DNA from: an uncultured Gemmatimonadales bacterium
GTDB taxonomy: Bacteria > Gemmatimonadota > Gemmatimonadetes > Gemmatimonadales > GWC2-71-9
Direction of reading: 5' to 3'
DNA length: 64,000 bases
Assembly: GCA_963795085.1 (NCBI GenBank)
Contig: CAWCFX010000001.1
Coordinates: forward strand, 1,248,001 to 1,312,000
In this document: positions 1 to 9,312 of the stretch, piece by piece
Layout: every line of letters starts with the position of its first letter
Numbering within the stretch: position 1 is the stretch's first letter
Translations under genes and position numbers: made by a program
The notes under the pieces: model-generated
What the model was told of the DNA's origin: nothing
Database searches by the model: none
Seen by the model: the letters and a program-made list of their open reading frames with translations, nothing else

Positions 1-303
1 CCAATTTCCGGAAGCATGGCATGGCCCCTCCCGGCTTCGGGTTCTTCTAGGCTTCGCACGCTGGCGCCCGGGCGACACTGACCGTCCGGGCGCTTTCGGG
101 CCCTCCATCCCCGACCGGGCGCTGCCCGCCGGTCCTCCTCATCTTCCGCCGGCCTGCGACCGTCCCCGCTGTCGGTATCCCGGACCGGGACCACCGTCCG
201 GATCATCGGCCCTGGCCTCCCAATCGTAGTGACTGGCCGCACATTGCGCGGGGCCGCGAATGCCCATCTTGGTGTGGCCTCACGACCTGTACGGGGAACT
301 CGC

Positions 304-1086
304 GTGCCAGCATCAGTCCAGGAAACGCCGGAATGGTTTGAACGCTGGGCCCGCATGGGCTACGCGGCCAAGGCCCTGCTTTACGGGACCATCGGCCTGC
401 TGGCCGGCAAGGCTGCGCTGGGCATGGGCGGCGGGACGACCGATACCGACGGGGCCATGTCCGAGATCGCCCGCGCGCCGTTCGGCCGCACGCTCCTCAC
501 GCTCTGCGCGGTCGGACTGGTCGGGTATTCGGTGTGGCGGACTATCTCGGCGGTCACCGATGCCGAGAACCGGGGCACCGACTTGAAGGGGCTGGCGGTG
601 CGGGGCAGTTTTATCGCGCGGGCGCTTTTTCACCTGGTGCTGGCCTGGTCGGCGGCCCGCATCGCCCTCGGCAAGAGCGCGGTGAGCCGGGACAAGTCCA
701 GCGCCCTGGGTGACTCCGCCGAGCTGGTCCTGGGCGCCATCAGCCTCGGGTTCATCGGATACGGCCTGTACCAGGTGTACCGCGGCTGGGTCGCCAAGCT
801 GAGCCGTCAGATCGATCACTCGGAGATGACCCGTGAAGCCGGCCCCTGGGTGTACCCGGTGGCGCGCTTCGGCATCGGAGCGCGAGGCGTGGTGTTCTGC
901 CTGATCGGATATCTGACCGTGCGTTCGGTGACCCGCGGCGCACCCTCCGGGTCGGGCAAGTTCCAGGAGTCGCTCGAGCTGTTTGCCGACATCGGGCGGA
1001 TTCCGCTGGGCGCCATCGCCGCCGGGCTGCTGGCCTACGCGTTCTATGAAGTCCTGAATGTGCGGTATCGCGAAATCCGCACCTGA
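304..1086 (+). CDS. DUF1206-family multi-pass membrane protein
   Basis: Repeated 'ARMGYAAKALLY..IG' and 'ARFGIGARGVVF' units with several hydrophobic helices. The GTG at 304 is preferred over the ORF-track start at 229; start uncertain. Confidence 0.75.
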   Translation: MPASVQETPEWFERWARMGYAAKALLYGTIGLLAGKAALGMGGGTTDTDGAMSEIARAPFGRTLLTLCAVGLVGYSVWRTISAVTDAENRGTDLKGLAVRGSFIARALFHLVLAWSAARIALGKSAVSRDKSSALGDSAELVLGAISLGFIGYGLYQVYRGWVAKLSRQIDHSEMTREAGPWVYPVARFGIGARGVVFCLIGYLTVRSVTRGAPSGSGKFQESLELFADIGRIPLGAIAAGLLAYAFYEVLNVRYREIRT

Positions 1087-1665
1087 TCAGCCGGCGTACA
1101 GCACCCAGGCCCAACCGGCGCCGCTGAGGACCAGTCCCCCCACGAAAACCCGGTAGCACCAGTCCAGGTAGAAATACTGTCGGCGCAGGTAGATGGCGCC
1201 GTAGGCATACATCGCATCGGTCACCTGGTCGTGCATCAGGTGGGGCGTGGCCAGCAGCGTCCGCATCGCGTCCCGGTATTCCGCCGGGCTCAGGCTGGCG
1301 AAGTGGGTGAAAGTGAGCACGTTAAAGCCGGGGTCGCCGGGCCGGGGCGGATTGCGCCGGGGCGTGGGCGGTTTCATTGAGGCCACGGCGAAGAGCGCCG
1401 CGATGACCGATCCGGCGACCAGCAGCAGGGCGGGATAGCGCGCATCGCCGAGATAGGGCCGTCCCAGGCTGTAGGTGGAAATGGCCGCGCAGATGGTCAG
1501 CATCACCTGGGCCTTGGTGTCCGCGGCCTTGCTCAGGTCCAGTTGGGCGGACACCCCGACACGCAGGAAAGTGTCCGCCGAACGGACTGCCTTGCCGCCC
1601 GGTTTCGGCAGCGCCGACGCTGCCTCCGAGGCCGGCTCCTCGCGCCGCCTGTCTTTCTTTCCCAT
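1087..1665 (-). CDS. Pycsar-effector-like (PycTM/DUF5706-type) membrane protein
   Basis: 'LSKAADTKAQVMLT' followed by two TMs, then 'NVLTFTHFASLSPAEY', 'YLRRQYFYLDWCYRVF' and a C-terminal TM. ATG at 1665 has an upstream GAGGGA. Confidence 0.7.
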   Translation of the reverse strand: MGKKDRRREEPASEAASALPKPGGKAVRSADTFLRVGVSAQLDLSKAADTKAQVMLTICAAISTYSLGRPYLGDARYPALLLVAGSVIAALFAVASMKPPTPRRNPPRPGDPGFNVLTFTHFASLSPAEYRDAMRTLLATPHLMHDQVTDAMYAYGAIYLRRQYFYLDWCYRVFVGGLVLSGAGWAWVLYAG

Positions 1666-1681
1666 GCTGGGTCCCTCGCGG

Positions 1682-2065
1682 TTATTCGCTGGTCTGGGCA
1701 AACCTGAGGCGGTAGCCGCAGGGGTCCTCGACGCTGTACTCCCGGAGGCCCCACGGCTCATCGGTGATGGGGCGGGTGATCACGGCCCCTTTCCCGACGT
1801 GTTCGGCATGGATGGCATCGATGCCGGTGACCAGAATCATCACTTCCTGGCCCCGAACCCGGGTGGCCAGTTCGGAATTGGCCATGAAGTGGATATTGGC
1901 GCCGCCGCGCTGGATTCCGGCATCGGTGGCCGGGTCGCCCCAGAACCAGGTCACCTCGAACCCGAGGGTCTCGGTATAGAAACGGAGGGTGGCGGGCAGG
2001 TCGGCGCAGGCCAGCACGGGCACCGCCGCGGCGACCGTCGGCAGGGCGGAGGGAGTGAGGGTCAT
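1682..2065 (-). CDS. VOC/glyoxalase/bleomycin-resistance family protein
   Basis: 'PVLACADL...FYTETLGF' and 'DEPWGLREYSVEDPCGYRLRF' motifs. Confidence 0.85.
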   Translation of the reverse strand: MTLTPSALPTVAAAVPVLACADLPATLRFYTETLGFEVTWFWGDPATDAGIQRGGANIHFMANSELATRVRGQEVMILVTGIDAIHAEHVGKGAVITRPITDEPWGLREYSVEDPCGYRLRFAQTSE

Positions 2066-2066
2066 G

Positions 2067-3038
2067 TCAGAGCCACCCGAGCAGACGGGAATGAATGAAA
2101 CCCCAGGCCACCATGACGGCCAGGAAGCTCACCACGGCCAGGAAGGCGAGCTGATGGGCGGCTCCGGGGATGAACTGGAAGTTCATCCCGAAGATGCTGG
2201 CCACGAAATTAGGCACCATGATGATTACGGTGACCGCAGTGAGCCGTTTCATGACCAGCCCCAGCCGGTTAAAGGAGTAGAAGACCTGGACGTCGAGCGC
2301 CGCGCTCAGCAGGTCCCGGTAGGTGTCCAGTTCCGCCAGCACGTGGACGGCGTGGTCCTGCACGTCGCCGAAATAAGGCCGGAGTCGCTCCGGTACCGTC
2401 TGTTCCCGGCGGAGCACTTCGGCCAGCACATGGCTGGTGGGCGCCAGCAGCCGGGGCACCCGGAGCAATTCCTTCCGGAGCCGGAACAGGTCGGCCGCGG
2501 CGCTCTCCGCCCCCGCGAAGATGGCCTCTTCGATGTCCTCCATTCGCTCGCGGATCCGGTCCTGGACCGCGAAGTAGCCGTCCACCAGGCTTTCGAACAG
2601 GGCGTAGGCCAGTCCGGCCACGCCGTTGGCGTGACGGTCATCCTGGTGTTCCCATTTCCGGCGGGCGGATTCCAGCACGCCGAGCACCGCCGCCGGCTGG
2701 CGATGGATGGTGACCAGGTAGTTGGGTCCCCAGAAGAGGTTCAGTTCCCGGGGCTGAAAACTGTTCCCGCCATGCTCGGCCACGTACGCCACGATGAAGT
2801 AGTAACCGCCGAACGCCTCGCAGCGGGGTCGTTCGTGGGGCCGGGTCACCTCCTCGAGCGCCAGTTCGTGGAATCCAAAGATACGCCGGAGATATTCGAC
2901 ATCGTCCGCCGTGGGGTCGCTCAGGTCCAGCCAGAGCCGCTGCTCCGGATCGGCGAGAAGGGCGGGCAGCCGTTCCCGCGGCACCTCCGCCGGCGTGGCA
3001 TCCCCACGGCCATCCGCGATGAGCCGTATGGTTCCCAT
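2067..3038 (-). CDS. corA: CorA family Mg2+/Co2+ transporter
   Basis: 'WLDLSDPT', 'FGFHELALEE', the GMN signature 'IFGMNF' and two C-terminal TMs. ATG at 3038 follows GGAG. Confidence 0.9.
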   Translation of the reverse strand: MGTIRLIADGRGDATPAEVPRERLPALLADPEQRLWLDLSDPTADDVEYLRRIFGFHELALEEVTRPHERPRCEAFGGYYFIVAYVAEHGGNSFQPRELNLFWGPNYLVTIHRQPAAVLGVLESARRKWEHQDDRHANGVAGLAYALFESLVDGYFAVQDRIRERMEDIEEAIFAGAESAAADLFRLRKELLRVPRLLAPTSHVLAEVLRREQTVPERLRPYFGDVQDHAVHVLAELDTYRDLLSAALDVQVFYSFNRLGLVMKRLTAVTVIIMVPNFVASIFGMNFQFIPGAAHQLAFLAVVSFLAVMVAWGFIHSRLLGWL

Positions 3039-3177
3039 GAACGCTCCCGGAGTTGGAGAGAACGTGCTCGTGATCCATCGCGCTGCGTTGAAACGTTGGT
3101 TCCGGCGCTGGAATGATGACGAAACCGGCTGGCGGCGATCGTAGCTTGGCGGTCCACCCCTCACCCGGAGGCCGCCT

Positions 3178-4470
3178 GTGCTGGACGCCCGCATCGCCAA
3201 TGCCTACCAGCTGGAGCCCGTCCTGCTGGATGGCATCCTTGAAATGGCCCGGGGCCTCGGCATTGCCGTTGCGCCCCACGTCCTCATCTGGGATGCCGCC
3301 ATAGCCACCCTCGTCGCCCGGGTCGAAGGCGGGGGCGGCACCTGGCGGCCCGCCGGCCCGGTCACTGAATGGCTGGTCCGGCCCCGGCAATCCGGCGAAT
3401 CCGACCACCCGGAGCCCTTTCGCCGGGCCCGCTGGAGCTATCGCCGGCCGCCCACCAGGATGCTGGACGAGGCGGTCAGCGGTATGAACGGCATCTTCGA
3501 AGTCACCTGGAAGGACACGCGGTTTCTGGCCACGACAGGATTTAAGCACCGCGGGTGGGCCCTGCAAGACCCCTGCTTCGCTGCGGTGGTGGGCCCCTCC
3601 CGCGAGGTGCTGTTGGGTTTCCTCAAGGATATGCTCGCCCAGCGCTGGCTGGAACCAGACCGGGTTCGGGTCTGGGGCAACGCGCTGGAAGGCCTGACCC
3701 CCGATCCCGTCGCGGAAGATGAGGTCATCCTGCCACCCGATTTCAAGCGTGAGTTGCTTGCCTACCTGGACCGGTTCTGGGCGCTCCGGGAAAAAGCCGC
3801 CTCACTGAAGCTGCCCTGCCGCCGCGGAGTCCTGCTGGTCGGAGCGCCGGGCACCGGCAAGTCGCTGTTCGTCCGCCACCTGGTTTCCCGCTACCCGGGC
3901 ATCGCCGCCCATCTCTTCGTATCCTCCCGGCTCCAGCTGCCCGGCGAGAACGATATCGAAGCCCTGCTGGCCGAGGTCCGCCGCGCCGCGGAACCCGCCA
4001 TGATCATCCTCGAGGACATCGACCACGTCCTGGAAGGCGGGTACATGACGCGTGAGTTTCTCCTCAACAGTCTCGACGGCCTGCTGGAGACCGGGGTTCC
4101 GGTGCTCTGGCTGGCGACGTCAAACGATCCGAGCGGGGTCGAGCAGAACCTGCTGGACCGGCCCGGGCGGTTTGACCGAGTCGTGATCTTCCAGGCTCCC
4201 GGGCCGGCGGAACGCCGGAGCCTGATCCGGAATCTCTCGCCCCTGGGCATCGAAGACGAGGCACTGCGCGAGGCCGTCGCCCGCAGCGACTCCCTGACCG
4301 GCGCTCACCTGCGGGAAGCCTGCACCGCCGCCACCCTGGCCTGCCTCGACGGGGGCGATTCGTATGGCCATTCGCTCCTCGCCGAGTTGCGCCGCATGCA
4401 TGAACACCACGAGCGGGCAAAAAAGCACCAGTATGACCTGAACAAGGAGGAACGGGCCGGCTTCCGCTGA
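3178..4470 (+). CDS. AAA+ ATPase with unrecognised N-terminal domain
   Basis: Walker A GAPGTGKS, Walker B IILEDID, sensor-1 ATSN and arginine-finger region LDRPGRFD. Confidence 0.85.
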   Translation: MLDARIANAYQLEPVLLDGILEMARGLGIAVAPHVLIWDAAIATLVARVEGGGGTWRPAGPVTEWLVRPRQSGESDHPEPFRRARWSYRRPPTRMLDEAVSGMNGIFEVTWKDTRFLATTGFKHRGWALQDPCFAAVVGPSREVLLGFLKDMLAQRWLEPDRVRVWGNALEGLTPDPVAEDEVILPPDFKRELLAYLDRFWALREKAASLKLPCRRGVLLVGAPGTGKSLFVRHLVSRYPGIAAHLFVSSRLQLPGENDIEALLAEVRRAAEPAMIILEDIDHVLEGGYMTREFLLNSLDGLLETGVPVLWLATSNDPSGVEQNLLDRPGRFDRVVIFQAPGPAERRSLIRNLSPLGIEDEALREAVARSDSLTGAHLREACTAATLACLDGGDSYGHSLLAELRRMHEHHERAKKHQYDLNKEERAGFR

Positions 4471-4473
4471 CCG

Positions 4474-4977
4474 TCAGCCGGGGGCTGCCCGGGCGTAGAG
4501 GCCCAGGGCTTCGCCCGCCGGGTTCCGAACCAGCCCGGATTCTTCGAACCCCAGCCGGCGGAGCAGCCGGATGGAACGCTGGTTCCCGGCATCCACGATG
4601 GCAAGGATCCGGCGGTGGCCCTGCCGGGTCGCGTCCGCCAGCACTGTTTCGGCGGCCTCGCGGGCGTAGCCCTGAGACCAGAAGCCAGGGAGCAACGAGA
4701 ATCCCAGGTCGGGGCCGGGCAGCCACTCCCGGCGCACCAGTCCGCAGATACCCATGGGTTCCCCCGCCGGCTTGAGCGTCACCAGGCCGAGCCCATAGCC
4801 GTGCGTGGCGCGGGTTGCCGCCGGTCCCGTCGCGATCCAGGCGCGGGCGTCCTCGACCGTGCGGACGCCCTTGTCTCCCACGAACCGAAGGAACGCGGGG
4901 TCGTTGAGAATCTGGAGAATGGCCGGCGCGTCGCCGGGAAGGATTTCCCGCACAATCAATCGCGGGGTTTCAAGCAT
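4474..4977 (-). CDS. GNAT family N-acetyltransferase (RimJ/RimL-like)
   Basis: 'LETPRL', 'FWSQGYAREAA' and 'NQRSIRLLRRLGF'. Start set at ATG 4977. Confidence 0.85.
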   Translation of the reverse strand: MLETPRLIVREILPGDAPAILQILNDPAFLRFVGDKGVRTVEDARAWIATGPAATRATHGYGLGLVTLKPAGEPMGICGLVRREWLPGPDLGFSLLPGFWSQGYAREAAETVLADATRQGHRRILAIVDAGNQRSIRLLRRLGFEESGLVRNPAGEALGLYARAAPG

Positions 4978-5048
4978 GGCTGCCGCCCTTGTGGGATTCG
5001 GGGCCGCCCTGCACCTTTGGCCCCTCACCATCAACACTGGGGGCGGCG

Positions 5049-5360
5049 ATGCGGACATGGGGCGTAGTGGCGTGCCTGGCGGCAGGGCTGGCGTGTGGCG
5101 GATCGGATCTCGCGGACCGCATCGAGGCCTCCTGTGTCAAGGACGGGGCCATGACGGCGGTGCAGTGCGCCTGCTTCGCGGACCGGGCCGAGAAGGACCT
5201 GTCCCGTGATGCGCAGGAACTCATCGTGGCCGAGATCGAAGAGAACCAGGCCAAGGTGCGGGAGCTCACCGGGAAAATGAGCATGCAGGACGCCGCGTCG
5301 GTCGGGACCTTTCTCATGAACGCCATGGCCCAGTGCACCGCGGGGCAGCCGGGGGAATAG
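5049..5360 (+). CDS. Small hypothetical lipoprotein
   Basis: Hydrophobic signal with lipobox-like GLAC and four further Cys (C..CxC..C). Codon usage is GC3-biased. Confidence 0.6.
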   Translation: MRTWGVVACLAAGLACGGSDLADRIEASCVKDGAMTAVQCACFADRAEKDLSRDAQELIVAEIEENQAKVRELTGKMSMQDAASVGTFLMNAMAQCTAGQPGE

Positions 5361-5507
5361 CCGTCCCTCTCGTCACGGCCCGCGCCGGGAGCCCGGCCGC
5401 CCGGCGCCAGGTCATAATGCCGGCTGCTGACAACCACCGGGTGCCGATGGGACCCGCCGGGTGCGGGCTATCCGGCCCTGCCTTCGCGGGTTCCCGTCCG
5501 CAGGATG

Positions 5508-6080
5508 TCATGGCCTCGGTGGGGCTCCGGTCGCGCGTGCGGCGGTGTCTCGGTCCAGCATGGAGCGGAGCGGCGCCAGCCGCGGATCGGACGTGAAGCG
5601 GCGTCCGTAGTCCAGGTTGAACGCGTAATCGAAGTCCGGGGGGTTGGTCCCCTGGTTGTGCTGCATGATGGTCTCCAGCTTGTCCAGGCCCTTGGCGAGC
5701 CGCGCTTCCGCCGTCTCACACCCTTCATACTCATCATAGAGTGCCACGATCATTGCCTGTTGAGCCGGTGCCAGGGGCGTGACCAGCTCCACCAGGTCTT
5801 TGCGCTCGTCGGCGGCCTTGGCGCCCAGTGCTTCCTGCAGCGGTGCGGGAATATCGCCGCGCACCGCCTCTCCGAGGTCATGGACGACGAGCAACTGGAT
5901 GACCCGGTTGGTGTCCACGTCAGGAAACCGGTCCGCCAGCACCAGGGCCATCAGGCAAAGCCGCCAGCTGTGGGCTGCGACGCTTTCCGGCTGGCCGTCG
6001 GAGGTCCAGGCGCTCCGATGGGTCGCCTTGAGCCGCTCGGCGCGCCCCAGGAACTCGATGATGCCGGCCAGGTCATCCAT
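5508..6080 (-). CDS. HD domain phosphohydrolase (YfbR/HDDC2-like)
   Basis: 'LKATHR', 'ESVAAHSW', 'VHDLGE' and 'LDKLE'. Start overlaps the cupin stop. Confidence 0.85.
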   Translation of the reverse strand: MDDLAGIIEFLGRAERLKATHRSAWTSDGQPESVAAHSWRLCLMALVLADRFPDVDTNRVIQLLVVHDLGEAVRGDIPAPLQEALGAKAADERKDLVELVTPLAPAQQAMIVALYDEYEGCETAEARLAKGLDKLETIMQHNQGTNPPDFDYAFNLDYGRRFTSDPRLAPLRSMLDRDTAARATGAPPRP

Positions 6081-6510
6081 GAGGTTCCCCGGTGAACACG
6101 GTGTCTGCGGCCAGCTCCTCGAAGCAGAGGTTGACGGTCCGGCCCACCGTGCGGGTGCGATGCACGGTGCCGGCCGGGACGGTGGCGGCCTGCCAGGGGC
6201 CCAGGCGCAATTCAGTGCCATCCGCCAGGTCGATCAGGAGGGTGCCTTCGAGCACGAGGAACAATTCGTCGGACGATGGATGATGATGCCAGGGATAATC
6301 GCCGTCGAAGGCCGCGAAGCGCAGGCAGTGCCCGTTAACCCGGTTGAGCACCAGGTTCTGGTAGCCGGCCGGCGCGTCCCCGGCCAGCCGCGCCAGGTCC
6401 ATGACCTGGAGGGCGGGATAGCTGACCGGCGTGTCCCGGTAGGATTCCGGGGTGAAGTCGTGGTCCGGCAAGGTGGCGGCTCCGCTCGGGTTTGTCGTAA
6501 TATAGGCCAC
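6073..6510 (-). CDS. Cupin domain protein
   Basis: 'YPWHHHPSSDELFLVLEG' and 'VPAGTVH' cupin metal motifs. Confidence 0.85.
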   Translation of the reverse strand: MAYITTNPSGAATLPDHDFTPESYRDTPVSYPALQVMDLARLAGDAPAGYQNLVLNRVNGHCLRFAAFDGDYPWHHHPSSDELFLVLEGTLLIDLADGTELRLGPWQAATVPAGTVHRTRTVGRTVNLCFEELAADTVFTGEPHG

Positions 6511-6528
6511 CCCGTGCGGGAGCAGTCC

Positions 6529-7341
6529 TCACTGCCCGCAGTCCGTCTGGGGAATGTCGGAAACCTTGCCTTCGTCCTCGATCACGGCTGTCTGCCGCCA
6601 GAAGACGTCGTGCAGGGCCTGGGTCATGCCGCTGTCCACGTTGGCCGCCCGCACGGTGGCGAGGCGCTCGCCGAAGGTGGGAAGGGCGGGCACCGCGCCG
6701 CCTTCCCGTCCGGCCGGGGCAAACTCGCGGAGCCCCTTGCACTGGTAACAGACGCCCCGTTTGTTGACCAGCGAGCAGAGCCCTTCATAGGTGCTCTCCA
6801 TCTGGTGCCGTGCGCGCGACAGCGAGTGGCGAAAGGCTGATTCCGACAGGTCGAGAGCGGCCGCGGATTCCCGGTCGGTGAATCCCAGGACCTCCCGCAG
6901 GACCAGGGCGGCCTGCCCGTCCGGGTCCAGCGAGCGACCCACGCAGGTGAAGCAGTAGCCGATGTGTTCCTTGGCTTCATAATGGAAATCCGGGCGGCTC
7001 AGGGCCGTTCCGATTTCGCCGCCCAGCCGCTCGGAGCTGGCGCACGCGTTGGCGTGGGCGACCTGGGCGTGGGCCCGCCATCGTTTGCGCCGGCGGAGGT
7101 GGTCCACCGCGGCCCGGGCGCCAATGGCGCACAGCCAGGTGCCCACGCTCGAGTCCCCCCGGAACGACGCGCGGCCCTCCCAGGCCTTGAGCAGCGTCTC
7201 CTGCACGACGTCATCGGTATCCTCCGGGTGGCCAATCATCCGCCGCACCACCGCCCGGAGGCGGGGAATCTCGGGCGTGAAGATGGCGTCAAAGCCTTCC
7301 CGGGTGGCCCCGGCCACCGCCTCAATGTCTGATGCAGGCAT
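6529..7341 (-). CDS. ECF RNA polymerase sigma factor with Cys-rich C-terminal extension
   Basis: Region 2 'DDVVQETLLKAW...SSVGTWL', region 4 'LVLREVLGFTDRESAAAL...LSRAR' and tail 'CSLVNKRGVCYQC'. Confidence 0.85.
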   Translation of the reverse strand: MPASDIEAVAGATREGFDAIFTPEIPRLRAVVRRMIGHPEDTDDVVQETLLKAWEGRASFRGDSSVGTWLCAIGARAAVDHLRRRKRWRAHAQVAHANACASSERLGGEIGTALSRPDFHYEAKEHIGYCFTCVGRSLDPDGQAALVLREVLGFTDRESAAALDLSESAFRHSLSRARHQMESTYEGLCSLVNKRGVCYQCKGLREFAPAGREGGAVPALPTFGERLATVRAANVDSGMTQALHDVFWRQTAVIEDEGKVSDIPQTDCGQ

Positions 7342-8312
7342 CAGTCGGTTCCTTCCTGGGAGGAGGCGAAGAGAGCCTGGAGCCGGAGTTCGAAGCCTTC
7401 CTTCTCCCGCTCGGCGATCAGTTCGGCGGCCACCAGGTTGGCGCTGGTGGTCACCAGGAAATCAAACGCCTCGAGATTCTCAGGCGCATCGGTCCGGAGC
7501 ATGCTGACGACCGAAGCGATTTCGGGTTCCGTCAGCAACCGGGCGCGGTGGGTCAAGCCGGCCACCGCCGCTCGAAAGGCCCGGAGCCGGGCGATCTGCC
7601 AGCGGAGGATGGAACGATTCCGGCCGGCACCGGACTCAGGGGCGGCCGCCAGGTCGTGTCCGATGTATACGGGCGTATCATCCGGCAGCATGGCGTCCAG
7701 TCGCTCCAGGGTGCGGATCCACTCCCGGGTGTGCCCGGACTGGGCAAAGGGAGGAATCCCGAACATCACGAGGTCGCCAACCACGGCGGCCTGCTGCCGG
7801 CCGGACCGGACCAGGAAGACCGCGTCCTCATACGATTCGCCCGGTCCCGTCTCGATCAGGGTGAAGGTCACCCCATCCACCTCGATGGCCTGGCCGCTGC
7901 CCAGGACCATGTCAGGCCGGGGCGCACCGGGCGAAGTCATGCCGAAGCGGGCGTAGTTGGTCTCATCCCAGGTGGCCAGTTGCCGCGCGACGCCCGCGCT
8001 CGACATGACCCTCGCCCCGCCGCGATCCAGCCAGGCCAGCGCGCCGTAATGGTCCACGTGCGCATGGGTCAGTAGCACCGCGTGCACCGACTTTCCCAGG
8101 ACGGTGCGTATCGAATCAATCCGGGCGGCGTGCGCCGGCGAGAATCCCGGATCAATGATCACCAGGTGGCGCCGGGTTTCGACCACGATAGTAGTGGCGA
8201 AGGCGGCGTCCGAATGGGTCAGGACCCGCACCCGGAACGCGTCGTCGGGAGAAGCCTGGCTCGTCGGGGCGGACCCCGTGAGCAGGGTGAGCAGGGTCAG
8301 GGTGGTGATCAT
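7341..8312 (-). CDS. Secreted metallo-beta-lactamase-fold hydrolase
   Basis: N-terminal signal peptide, HxHxDH motif (THAHVDH), 'GDL' and 'IGH'. Confidence 0.8.
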   Translation of the reverse strand: MITTLTLLTLLTGSAPTSQASPDDAFRVRVLTHSDAAFATTIVVETRRHLVIIDPGFSPAHAARIDSIRTVLGKSVHAVLLTHAHVDHYGALAWLDRGGARVMSSAGVARQLATWDETNYARFGMTSPGAPRPDMVLGSGQAIEVDGVTFTLIETGPGESYEDAVFLVRSGRQQAAVVGDLVMFGIPPFAQSGHTREWIRTLERLDAMLPDDTPVYIGHDLAAAPESGAGRNRSILRWQIARLRAFRAAVAGLTHRARLLTEPEIASVVSMLRTDAPENLEAFDFLVTTSANLVAAELIAEREKEGFELRLQALFASSQEGTD

Positions 8313-8355
8313 GGCAGGGTCTCCGGTCCGAGGGTGGGTGTCGTCTTACCCTGGC

Positions 8356-8384
8356 TTAGACGACCGGCGCCGGAGAATCCGCCA
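8356..8384 (-). promoter_or_regulatory. Putative ECF-type promoter for the MBL-sigma operon
   Basis: Minus strand reads TGGCGGATT-N13-CGTCTAA about 43 nt upstream of the MBL start. CGTC is a common ECF -10 core. Confidence 0.3.
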
Positions 8385-8417
8385 ACTGCAACCGGCGCAA
8401 TCACCTGGGGCCGGCGG

Positions 8418-9095
8418 TCACCGGAACGTGGCGATGGCCGAGAGCGGTTTCCGCCGGATGTCGGGGACGCGGGCGTCCGCCGCCGGATAGCCAGCGACGA
8501 TCAGCATGACCGCCCGTTCGTTGGTTGGACGCTCCAGCACGTCGCCCAGGAAGCCCATCGGGCTCGGCGTGTGGGTCAGGGTGGCCAGGCCGGCATGGTG
8601 CAGGGCCGCGAGGAGAAACCCGCAGGCAATACCCACCGATTCCATGACGTAGTAGTTGGTGATGCGGGAACCATCCGCCGCGAGGCCGTACCGCTCGGCG
8701 AACACGGCAATCAGGTAGGGCGCCGTCTCCAGGTAGGGCTTGTGCTCGTCGGTTCCCAGTGGTGCCAGGGCGGCCAGCCAGTCCGCGGGCGCCGTGGCGT
8801 AAAACTCCGCCTCGGCGGTCTCCGCCGCGGCGCGAATCGCCCGTTTCATGGCCAGGTCCGCGACCGCGACAAAGTGCCATGGCTGCCGGTGGGCCCCGCT
8901 CGGCGCCGTGCCGGCGGCCTCGATGCAGGACTCGATGATGGCCCGTGCCACCGGCCGGTCGCTGAACTGTCGCACGGTGCGCCGGCGCTGGAGGTCTTCG
9001 GCAAACTCCCGGCTGCGCCGGAGCATTTCGTCCGGTGGGTATTCCCGGTAGGATCGGAGCGGCACGAAGGCGGTTTCCCTGGATGGCTCGTTCAT
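8418..9095 (-). CDS. Nitroreductase family, iodotyrosine-deiodinase (IYD)-like
   Basis: 'RRRTVRQFS', '[11 protein letters not shown]', lid 'EAEFY...[10 protein letters not shown]' and 'LTHTPSP'. Confidence 0.8.
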   Translation of the reverse strand: MNEPSRETAFVPLRSYREYPPDEMLRRSREFAEDLQRRRTVRQFSDRPVARAIIESCIEAAGTAPSGAHRQPWHFVAVADLAMKRAIRAAAETAEAEFYATAPADWLAALAPLGTDEHKPYLETAPYLIAVFAERYGLAADGSRITNYYVMESVGIACGFLLAALHHAGLATLTHTPSPMGFLGDVLERPTNERAVMLIVAGYPAADARVPDIRRKPLSAIATFR

Positions 9096-9312
9096 TCGTC
9101 TGTCCTTTTCGCGGCGGGGGCGCGCATCGGCCGGTGAATCCCTGATCCGGGTGAAGTAGGTCCGAGTACCGCTGCTACTACCGGCCCATCAGCGCCGGTG
9201 CGTTTCTGCAGGTTCAGCGCCCTAACCGTTGCGGGCGAGGGTGGCGGGAACGGGGCATGCGGCCGCGTCGGGAAGCGAGGTCCTCGGGACACGACGCCAC
9301 CTTTATCAGGAA

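Noticed and set aside
1..22. Possible minus-strand gene start (GGAGGGG..ATG CCA TGC TTC CGG AAA TTG) running off the window
   Set aside because: Only seven codons are visible, so it cannot be supported or named.
1087..6080. Defence island made of Pycsar-like effector, AAA ATPase and HD protein
   Set aside because: The genes are in different transcription units, interleaved with corA, VOC and GNAT. The AAA and HD proteins look like housekeeping subfamilies, and there is no compositional shift or mobility gene.
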